Positions 7,713 to 15,390 of a stretch of 33,333 bases of DNA are shown here, piece by piece; the stretch's first letter is position 1, and each line of letters starts with the position of its first letter. Where the stretch lies: assembly GCA_003133505.1 (NCBI GenBank), contig PKXT01000006.1:1-33333 (forward strand), written 5' to 3'. A model generated the notes under the pieces. It had not been told where the DNA came from. It was given only the letters and a program-made list of their open reading frames with translations, and made no database searches. Source of the stretch: Acidobacteriota bacterium (GTDB lineage Bacteria; Acidobacteriota; Terriglobia; Acidiferrales; UBA7541). The translations under genes were made by a program, and so were the position numbers.

Positions 7713-9656
7713 CTATTCGGCTTCGATACGCAGGTGAAGATCGTATTGCGGGCTGCCGCTCGCTCCGGAGACAGTGGTGAGGTATTTCAGCGCCGCGCTG
7801 GTGAGCGCGTAGAACTCCTGGCAGCCGCCCAGATTGGCTCCCAGCGTGGCCAGATTGATGGTGCTGGTGGCAAACGTTTCAGCCTGAGCATTGTCGGTAT
7901 AAGTGAAGCTGAGGCTGACTGTGCCAGCGGATCCGGCCGTGGTGGTGGAGAAGTAATAGCACGCGCGGAACATTCCGTTGGCGCTCGGAGTGAGGAGGGA
8001 AGTGGATCCAATGCTGCTGGTTTGCGCGGCGGAATCCACCGGCAACGCCGCCGCATACGCGCCGCCGCGGACTTCATGACTCAGCACGACGTCGGCCGTG
8101 GCGCCGCCGGAAACCGAGTTCATGGCCTGGCCGATAATGTCTCCCGGATAAAACCAGCCCGTGCCGATGTCGCGGCAATATGCGGCAGTCCCTGTGCCAA
8201 AACTCAAGTAGTGCCCGATTGTGATGGTGTTGTCTGCCAGGCATCCACTGACGCCGTCCGCATCGAAGCCGAGATTGTAGAGCGAGGTATTTTCGCCTAG
8301 GCCGATGGCGCCAAACTGGGTGGTGGTGGCCGGCGCATCCTGAAAGGAATCGGCAGTCGTATTGAGCACCTGCAGGCGTGCAGTGTGGGTTGGGCCCACA
8401 GCCTGAAACGTGGCGATGGTCAGCGAGCCATCAAGAACTTCACGCGCGCCGAAGGATGACGAATTATTTTGGCTGTAGGCGCACCACAGGCAGTGTCCCG
8501 CCGCGTTGTTCATCCCGTATCCGTAGACGACAGCACCGCTGTTAATTTCAAAGCTGTAGCCATTTCCGGAGGTTGGTTGCAAGTCGATCATTCCTGTCGT
8601 TGAGCCGCCGCAGCAGCTTCCCTCAATAAGTTGTCCAGTACTCCGCTGGACTCCCCACCCGTTTCCGCCCATGTCGGTGGGCGTGATTCCTAGTGAGGTC
8701 GGGCCAGTCCAAAGCGCCAGCATGTTGAAAGCATTGTCAGCCGAGCGGCCGACGATGCCGCCGCCAATTCCGTTGCCGGTCGGCGCATTGTTCATGTTCA
8801 CGGTGTAAGTTCCCGCGCCGCTGTTGGTGGCAACCGCCATGCCCACCGTGTTTCCGTAGGCCGTCGGGTAAGTGCTGCTTCCGGTGTCGTGGCAATCGCC
8901 CGCGATCGTCACGGAGTTAATCACGTAGTCGCCCGCGGTGGTGCCGCCATCGAATACGCAGGAGACGCCTACGCCGGAGATCGCAATCGTGGCTGTCCCG
9001 GAAGTTCCCGCATTGGCGGTCACGATTCCAATCTGTAGCGCGATTGTATCCGTGGTCGCGGTGATGATGGCTTTCTGCACCGAAGTCATTTTTGCGAGCT
9101 TGTTTACCGTCGTGCCGGTGGTCGTGTCGTTGGGGATGGAGAGATTCACGCCCGAGCCGCTGGCGGTGACGGTGCAAGTCGAACCCAGGACGCAGCTCGT
9201 TCCATTCACGGTGGTGGATGGAGCGCAGGTGGATCCCAGCGTGCAGCTCGTCGATCCCACCGTCATGCTGGAATTGGTTAGCCCGGCATTGCCCAGCGTG
9301 CCGCTCCACACCAGCTTCACATTGCCCGCCGAGGGATTGGTGAAAGTTAGCGTCAGGCCGTTGAACGCGAGGGCATCCTGAAAATTCACCGTGCTCGAGG
9401 ACGAAAGTCCCGTGCCGTCCACCTGGAAGGTGGTGCCGCTTCCCAAGGCGAAAGCCGACCAAGTGTTTGTGGACGTGCAGCCTTCGTAGGTAGCATTGCC
9501 GCCGCTGACCAAGGAAAAGATTTGGTGCGTGTTGCACGCGCCAGGCAGCGAACCGCCGTAGCGGGTATCCGTCGCGGCGCCGCCCTGGGCGAATGCCGAT
9601 AGGCTGACAAGAAAAACGGCCGCCAGAAGGCAGCACAATGACAATAGTTTGCGCAT
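7713..9656 (-). CDS. Large Gly/Thr/Ser/Cys-rich beta protein with a Sec signal peptide (fibre-like or exported adhesin-like)
   Basis: Start taken at MRKLLSLCCLLAAVFLVSLSAFA-Q (ATG 9654..9656), because the tracked start at 9689 overlaps the upstream gene. Contains repeated GSTC motifs (VGSTSCTLGSTCAPSTTVNGTSCVLGSTCTV). Confidence 0.7.
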   Translation of the reverse strand: MRKLLSLCCLLAAVFLVSLSAFAQGGAATDTRYGGSLPGACNTHQIFSLVSGGNATYEGCTSTNTWSAFALGSGTTFQVDGTGLSSSSTVNFQDALAFNGLTLTFTNPSAGNVKLVWSGTLGNAGLTNSSMTVGSTSCTLGSTCAPSTTVNGTSCVLGSTCTVTASGSGVNLSIPNDTTTGTTVNKLAKMTSVQKAIITATTDTIALQIGIVTANAGTSGTATIAISGVGVSCVFDGGTTAGDYVINSVTIAGDCHDTGSSTYPTAYGNTVGMAVATNSGAGTYTVNMNNAPTGNGIGGGIVGRSADNAFNMLALWTGPTSLGITPTDMGGNGWGVQRSTGQLIEGSCCGGSTTGMIDLQPTSGNGYSFEINSGAVVYGYGMNNAAGHCLWCAYSQNNSSSFGAREVLDGSLTIATFQAVGPTHTARLQVLNTTADSFQDAPATTTQFGAIGLGENTSLYNLGFDADGVSGCLADNTITIGHYLSFGTGTAAYCRDIGTGWFYPGDIIGQAMNSVSGGATADVVLSHEVRGGAYAAALPVDSAAQTSSIGSTSLLTPSANGMFRACYYFSTTTAGSAGTVSLSFTYTDNAQAETFATSTINLATLGANLGGCQEFYALTSAALKYLTTVSGASGSPQYDLHLRIEAE

Positions 9657-9664
9657 GTTTTGTC

Positions 9665-10447
9665 CTAATTGTTGGCGACGACCCACCAATTGCTGCCGTC
9701 GGATTCGACAGTGAGGTACTGAAACTGGTTGGGCAGGCTCCAGGAGCTTTGCCCGTCAATGGTTTGCGAGGACGTCGTCGCGATGGTGACCGCTCCGGAT
9801 CCGGAATCCACTTTCTTGATGGTGGAGCGCTTAGCGGCAATCCCCACCGCGGTGGGCAGCGTCGCTGTGAGCGCGCTCGAACCAGTGGTGAAAAGCACGG
9901 TGTTATCGGCATCAGCCAGCGCATAGCTGACGGACTTGGCCAGCGGCGCGTTGAGCGTAGCCGCCAGAGTTCCGGAGCTCGTGACCGGCGATCCGCCGAC
10001 GCTCCATCCTGGCGGCATGCTGAGCCCGACGGATGTGACTGAGCCGCCGCCCCCTCCGCCGCCTCCGGAGATCTCAACCACATTCGTGCCGTCCGAATAG
10101 ACGAGCGCGTAGCCCGCACTCGCCAGCAGGCTGACGGTGGATCCAGGCGCGCCAGTAACTTCGACGATGATGTTGTGGCCGCCGGTGGTTTCGTTCACCA
10201 CGATAAAGGTGCGCGGCACGCTGGCCGGCAAAATCAAATGCTTGTCACCAGTGAGCGCGCCGCTCAGCACGTGGACCATGGCTGAAGCGAGCTGCGCCTG
10301 GGTCAGCGTTACATCCGAGCCGCCGGTCGGCCAGGAGGCTTCGGCATTCGTCGCCAGGTCGAGACCGAGGAACGCGGCATTGCAGGGGACTTCGCCCTGG
10401 TTCTGATTGTTGGCGATGTAGGCGAGGGCCAGGCTGGGAGTGCTCAT
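9665..10447 (-). CDS. DUF2793-like tail fibre protein with an internal domain duplication and a Gly8 linker
   Basis: The N-terminus LALAYIANNQNQGEVPCNAAFLGLD resembles the DUF2793 start seen next to GTA-type gp15 genes. Two similar beta modules are separated by GGGGGGGG. Confidence 0.6.
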   Translation of the reverse strand: MSTPSLALAYIANNQNQGEVPCNAAFLGLDLATNAEASWPTGGSDVTLTQAQLASAMVHVLSGALTGDKHLILPASVPRTFIVVNETTGGHNIIVEVTGAPGSTVSLLASAGYALVYSDGTNVVEISGGGGGGGGSVTSVGLSMPPGWSVGGSPVTSSGTLAATLNAPLAKSVSYALADADNTVLFTTGSSALTATLPTAVGIAAKRSTIKKVDSGSGAVTIATTSSQTIDGQSSWSLPNQFQYLTVESDGSNWWVVANN

Positions 10448-10456
10448 TCGTTTTCC

Positions 10457-12295
10457 TTAGAGAGTGACGGTCGCGGGAAAGCCGAGATTCACGACGGCGG
10501 ACACCTGATAAATCTTCATGTGGATCGAACTCTGCACCGAGCCGAAGTCGGCGGTTTGGTCCGCGGCGGAATAGACGGTGGTCGGCGAAATAAGCCCGGT
10601 GATTTGCCGGACGATAACCGAGCCGTTATAAATATCCACTTCGTAGAGCTCTTCCTGTTCATAGAGCGGAACTTCGGAAAGTCCGCCCAGCCAGGTCGCT
10701 TCAGCGTCTCCACCGATGCGCGTGCGGCGCACCCAGGCGATGGTGAGATCGCCGGACATATCGCGGCTGCCGGTGACCTGGCACGGCGCGTAAGGCTTCA
10801 GGTCATTGCCAACCAGGGTGAATTGCTGGATGGAGCCGCTGGTGACGTCCTGGCCGACGGAAACGCCGCGATAGTCGTAAGGCTGATTGAGCAGCGAAGA
10901 AGGATTCTGGACGCGCTGGATTCCCGAGATCGGCACAACCACCAGGTCTCCGATCGCGTGAGTGCCGCAAGCCCACTCCGTGCCGCGGCGGCCGCGCAGC
11001 AAGCCGCTGACGGTCCACGTCCCGTCCATGTTTTGCACGGCGTTCTCGAACTGCATGATTTCCCAGCCGTTGGCGGCCGAGCCGACAATCAGCGCGTTCG
11101 CGCCATTCAGTATCTGGAGCTGGGTGACGCCGGCCAGCGCCGCTCCGGGAGTTTTCAAAGCGATGGTGAGCGAGTTGGCATTGTCCCAGACCCACGGTGA
11201 CGCGGGAGAGCCGAGAGCGTTGGTGGCATAGCCGTAATAAATCGCGTTCGGCGCGGCCGAGTCCTGGGTGTAAGTGGAATTGTCGGCCGAGCGCATGAGC
11301 GCCGCGCCTGCCCACTGCGGCAGCGTGGAGCTTAATCCGAAGTAGTAGCCCGTGCCCGAGGGATTGGAATCGCCGTCGCGCAACAGGGGAATATCGAATA
11401 GGAACGTCTGCGGCGGTCCAACATAGCGCAGCGCGGAACGTTTGAAATTGATGATCCCTGCGCCGTTGCCGACGCGGCTGCCGCCGACTCCGAAAGGCAG
11501 AGGCTTATAGATGGCGCCCTCTTCATTGAGCGTTTTGAACTTGGAGACAAAGCCCTGGCCGATTTCGTGATCGGTAATGCGCACTCCCCAGGTGATGGTC
11601 TCGTAAATAAACTGGATGACGTCGGTGGGATCGTAGAGCATCGCGACCGCGCGCCAGTCGTTGAAATCGAATGCCTGTCGGCCCACCCATTCCCAATAGA
11701 GCGCCGCGGCGGCAATGTTGATGGCCTGGTCGGGAGTCATCACCAGCGGATAGCTCAACTGCTTTTGCTGCTTGGTGGTGACGATGCGCGAGTTGCGTTT
11801 CCAGCGCTGCGAATTGGACTGGTAATCGAGCTCGATGTCGGTATAGGTGACTATGCATTCGAGCGGCAGATCCTGCTCGTCGCCGAATTGTTCGGGAATT
11901 ACTTCGGCGTCGTCACTCACCAGGCCGAGATCGCTTTCAGGAATGGTAAGTGTTTGCGCGGGGAGTCCGCGAGGGACGAATTTGAGCTGTCCGCCAGACT
12001 CGCAGGCGTCGATGAAATACGCCTCCATGATCACGCGGATGGCGTCCGCGGCCGAAGTGGCCCGGTCAATCACGTAGCCGATGCAGGTGTTATTCGGCTG
12101 CAGGTTCGCCGAAGTGAGCAGCGCGACGTTAACCTGGCTGCACTCGAGGCCCGCGCGAATGCACAGGTCCAGGATGATGCAGGCAATCCCGCACGACGCT
12201 GGGATGATGACTTCCAGCGCAACCTGTGTAAGGCGCATCCCCGGCGGGATGGGGTTCAGGACCTCGAGAGCTACCTGTGTCAGACGTTCGGACAT
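10457..12295 (-). CDS. Host-specificity protein, C-terminal portion (RcGTA gp15-like, Phage-tail_3-like)
   Basis: ILDLCIRAGLE...GYVIDRATSAADAIRVIMEAYFIDACESGGQLKFVPRG matches the central region of gp15-like proteins. It is in the same frame as 12302..13195, separated by TAA plus two codons. No SD precedes the ATG. Confidence 0.85.
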   Translation of the reverse strand: MSERLTQVALEVLNPIPPGMRLTQVALEVIIPASCGIACIILDLCIRAGLECSQVNVALLTSANLQPNNTCIGYVIDRATSAADAIRVIMEAYFIDACESGGQLKFVPRGLPAQTLTIPESDLGLVSDDAEVIPEQFGDEQDLPLECIVTYTDIELDYQSNSQRWKRNSRIVTTKQQKQLSYPLVMTPDQAINIAAAALYWEWVGRQAFDFNDWRAVAMLYDPTDVIQFIYETITWGVRITDHEIGQGFVSKFKTLNEEGAIYKPLPFGVGGSRVGNGAGIINFKRSALRYVGPPQTFLFDIPLLRDGDSNPSGTGYYFGLSSTLPQWAGAALMRSADNSTYTQDSAAPNAIYYGYATNALGSPASPWVWDNANSLTIALKTPGAALAGVTQLQILNGANALIVGSAANGWEIMQFENAVQNMDGTWTVSGLLRGRRGTEWACGTHAIGDLVVVPISGIQRVQNPSSLLNQPYDYRGVSVGQDVTSGSIQQFTLVGNDLKPYAPCQVTGSRDMSGDLTIAWVRRTRIGGDAEATWLGGLSEVPLYEQEELYEVDIYNGSVIVRQITGLISPTTVYSAADQTADFGSVQSSIHMKIYQVSAVVNLGFPATVTL

Positions 12296-12301
12296 GGAGT
12301 C

Positions 12302-13195
12302 TTAGCACTGGCACAGAATCGGGAACTGGATCAGGGCGCGAGTGTTGGGAATACGGTTGCCGAAATTGGCCAGCGGCAAATTGGCCCAGGTGAAATAGTT
12401 GAGCGCGGTGAATGCCGGAGTGATGGCTGCGCCTTCAGCCGCCTGGATGAGCGGATCGGGGAGCTGCGTTCCGGGGCCCGCGCCGGAATAAAACGTGGGC
12501 GTGCCGTAGTACTGCCTCAGCGTTTCCCATGGCGGAGGATCTGAGGGGTCCGGATCGCTGACATAGTAGGGCTCGACGACGCCCAGCGAGGTACCCGGAC
12601 CGTTCGAAACCATGCAAACCCAGATTTGTCCGGCGTCGGTGGCTTCGTCGCCAGGGTTATAGACCGTCTGGTTGTTCCACGGGCCGTAGCCGCTGGCAGT
12701 GTTCCAATAAGTCTGGTTGGTTCCCGGAATGATGTTGGTGTTGGTGAGGATGCAGATCCAGCCAACGCCGCCATAGTTCACCAGGTTGCCGGGATTGTAG
12801 AGCGTGGCCGAATTCCACGGCGGATAGAACTGCGAGGGCAGATCCTGCGCCGGGTCCGGGTTGGTGTCGTAGATTAGTTTGCTGTCGCCATAGACCTGCA
12901 GGATCGCTGCCGACCCTTCGCAGAAGGCCATGGCGATGCTGGCCTGATACAGATATCCGATAACCGAGCCGCCTCCTTTTTTCGAAGGGGTGACGGTGGT
13001 GTAAGTTATTCCGGTGGTCCAGATGAGCTGGCCGGGAATGCGTTGGAAGCCGTAGCCGAAGGGAATCGGCGCGCCTGGCGCGGAGCTGGTGATTTGATTG
13101 TTGGTGACCGGCGCGGGCGGCGCGGGCTTGTTGAGCAGCCCGCCCAGAAATCCCACTCCAATTTCGAGCGCCGGAACGATGATGAGCTGAGCCAC
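12302..13195 (-). CDS. Host-specificity protein, N-terminal portion (gp15-like) with an inserted pair of CBM5/12-like repeats
   Basis: PIPFGYGFQRIPGQLIWTT, YQASIAMAFCEG and DPLIQAAEG...LPLANFGNRIPN match the gp15-like N-domain. The insertion lies at 12596..12817. Confidence 0.8.
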   Translation of the reverse strand: MAQLIIVPALEIGVGFLGGLLNKPAPPAPVTNNQITSSAPGAPIPFGYGFQRIPGQLIWTTGITYTTVTPSKKGGGSVIGYLYQASIAMAFCEGSAAILQVYGDSKLIYDTNPDPAQDLPSQFYPPWNSATLYNPGNLVNYGGVGWICILTNTNIIPGTNQTYWNTASGYGPWNNQTVYNPGDEATDAGQIWVCMVSNGPGTSLGVVEPYYVSDPDPSDPPPWETLRQYYGTPTFYSGAGPGTQLPDPLIQAAEGAAITPAFTALNYFTWANLPLANFGNRIPNTRALIQFPILCQC

Positions 13196-13716
13196 TACTC
13201 AATCCCCGGAAAAGTGAAAATAGCCTTGATGTGCGACACGTGGTAACCACGCAGCCCGTGCTCCACCACGCGGCGAATTCCTGAAATATCCAGCGCGTGA
13301 ATCACGCCCAGCGATCCTTGCAACATAGTGGCAATTCCCACGTGGCAGGCGATGCGCGGATTCTTGATGGCCAGCAGATCTCCTGGCTGGATCTGGTGGC
13401 CTTCAGGCATTTCAACCAGGCGCTGCCGGCAGATTCGCAGGACCATGTCGTCGCCCGGCTGGGCTCCATAGTTGACGTGGTCGTAACGAGTGAATGGATT
13501 GCCGAGCGTGTCCACGAGGCCCAGCTCTTCGCCAACCATCAGCGGCAAGCCCACGCAGTCGCACGCTTTCCCCTTTTCGCGTCCTTGATGGCGAAATGGC
13601 GTGCCGATATACGTCCGCGCGGACGATACGATTTGTTCTATGGTGACCAGCGGATATGGCGGGAAATCACTTCGCCTCAGATTCTTAAAACCGGGCTTGC
13701 TTAGATCGCAGGGCAT
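13195..13716 (-). CDS. NlpC/P60-family phage cell-wall peptidase (RcGTA g14-like)
   Basis: The GKACDCVGL (catalytic Cys) context, a downstream His, the protein size and its position after the DUF2163 gene. Confidence 0.8.
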   Translation of the reverse strand: MPCDLSKPGFKNLRRSDFPPYPLVTIEQIVSSARTYIGTPFRHQGREKGKACDCVGLPLMVGEELGLVDTLGNPFTRYDHVNYGAQPGDDMVLRICRQRLVEMPEGHQIQPGDLLAIKNPRIACHVGIATMLQGSLGVIHALDISGIRRVVEHGLRGYHVSHIKAIFTFPGIE

Positions 13717-13720
13717 AGTC

Positions 13721-14674
13721 TTAGCCGCCGCCGGGGTTGCCGACGTTGTAAGTCGCGTCGGGAATGGTGTAGAGCGAATCGGCGCCGGGAATGAACGGCT
13801 CGCCCTGAAAATTCACGATGTTGGTGTAGCGGGCGCAGCCGTTCGAATCTATGGTGTGATCGCAGCCTGGCTCAATGTAAAACGTGTTGCCAAATACCGG
13901 CTGGGCAGGCAGCGGCAGATACATGGTGAGCACCGTGCCGTCCCAGCTCTTGATCTCGAAAGCGTCGCCGGCAAGTGCGCCGGTGTTGAAGTGGATGAAT
14001 CCGTCATTGAACCAGCCGGCCGGCGCGGCAACGAGCGGCGTGGACGATCCCACCATCAGCAGTCCGGCTTCAGGGGTGACATGAAGATTGTCGGCTGAAC
14101 CGCTTACCGTGCCGTTTTGCCGCCACAGGGTGACGTCAATCATGCACAGGTACTTCGACGTCAGATCGATGCCGTTCAGGCCGGAGCCGAAGGTCGCGCG
14201 GCACATCGCTCCAAACTGGTGGCTGATGTTGGTGGAAAGTTTCGAGGCCAGGCCGCGGCATTCCACAGTGAACAGGCCATTCTTCATCTTGACGATGCCG
14301 AAATAGCCGGTACGGATGATCAGCGCGCCCTGGCTGAGATTGCTCCAGTTGACGATGAAGACGGTGAGCGTGGCCCCATCATATTTGCAGGCGCGGATGT
14401 CGGCTTCAGTAATGCTGCCGGATTCGAGAAAACCGGTGGATTCGGAATTGTCTACGGACAGGTCGCTCTTGAACTGGTTGGCGGTGTTGGCATAGCCGGT
14501 GGAGGCTTCATAGTCCACCAAGCCGTCGCCATCGCCCAGATCGAAAGGGAGTTCCTGGTCGAGCGTGGTGAAGCCGAGAATGGTTCCGTCAACGCGCTTG
14601 ATCTTCCAGCACCACGCGAGCGCGGTCTGGCCGCCGCTGAGATGCGCCTGTAGCCCTGACGAGCACGTTTTCAT
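13721..14674 (-). CDS. DUF2163 / BR0599-like distal tail protein (RcGTA g13-like)
   Basis: LQAHLSGGQTALAWCWKIKRVDGTILGFTTLDQELPFD at the N-terminus and CDHTIDSNGCARYTNIVNFQGEPFIPG at the C-terminus. Confidence 0.8.
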   Translation of the reverse strand: MKTCSSGLQAHLSGGQTALAWCWKIKRVDGTILGFTTLDQELPFDLGDGDGLVDYEASTGYANTANQFKSDLSVDNSESTGFLESGSITEADIRACKYDGATLTVFIVNWSNLSQGALIIRTGYFGIVKMKNGLFTVECRGLASKLSTNISHQFGAMCRATFGSGLNGIDLTSKYLCMIDVTLWRQNGTVSGSADNLHVTPEAGLLMVGSSTPLVAAPAGWFNDGFIHFNTGALAGDAFEIKSWDGTVLTMYLPLPAQPVFGNTFYIEPGCDHTIDSNGCARYTNIVNFQGEPFIPGADSLYTIPDATYNVGNPGGG

Positions 14675-14688
14675 AGAATCACTGAAAT

Positions 14689-15390
14689 TTAATAATTCGG
14701 CGGCAGGACTTCGACCAGCTCGACGGAATGGACGCTGATGATGGGCTGGCCGCCGGGGATATCGGACTCTTCGACTTGGGGCTCGTACTGGTCTTTGTTG
14801 AACCGCACGGGGATATCGAATTCGCAGTCGGCGGTGATAACCACGGCGCCGCCCGGGGCGCTGTCGAACGTGACCAAACCAGTGGTGGCGTCGAGGGTAT
14901 AGGCGTTCACGGCTTGCACCACGCCATTCAGATAGATATTCAGAGTGCGCCGCAGCGGCACGCCGAGATAGTTCATCACCGACGGATCCACAATCTTGGT
15001 GAGGTTGCGGACGTAGCTGCGAGTCAGCCCACCGCCCGGCGGCCCGACAGTGGACGTTTTGGTAAGTTGAAAGACGGTCAGCGCGCCATTGCCCACGCCG
15101 ATGATCTGGCCACGCGCCTTGCCGTTGACGTGATCATAGAACCGGAAAGCGTCTCCCTGGCCGGAGACTACATCGAAAAACGCGCGCAACTGCTCGATGA
15201 AGAGCAGCCGACCGACGGTGAGGGGCCCCGGAGTCGTCAGGTCCACGGTGTACTTCGCGTGAGTTTGCGACCAGTTTTTGTTGCGTTGTTCCTGGCCGCC
15301 AAAGCCTTTGTTGACAGTGGTGAAAAATCCGTCCCCGCCCAGCCGCTTGAAAGCAATGGTGCGCGGAAATTCACATTCGAAGAACGCCAT
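14689..15390 (-). CDS. DUF2460-family distal tail protein (RcGTA g12-like)
   Basis: MAFFECEFPRTIAF...GGQEQRNKNW motif. TGATG overlap with the tape-measure stop. Confidence 0.8.
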   Translation of the reverse strand: MAFFECEFPRTIAFKRLGGDGFFTTVNKGFGGQEQRNKNWSQTHAKYTVDLTTPGPLTVGRLLFIEQLRAFFDVVSGQGDAFRFYDHVNGKARGQIIGVGNGALTVFQLTKTSTVGPPGGGLTRSYVRNLTKIVDPSVMNYLGVPLRRTLNIYLNGVVQAVNAYTLDATTGLVTFDSAPGGAVVITADCEFDIPVRFNKDQYEPQVEESDIPGGQPIISVHSVELVEVLPPNY

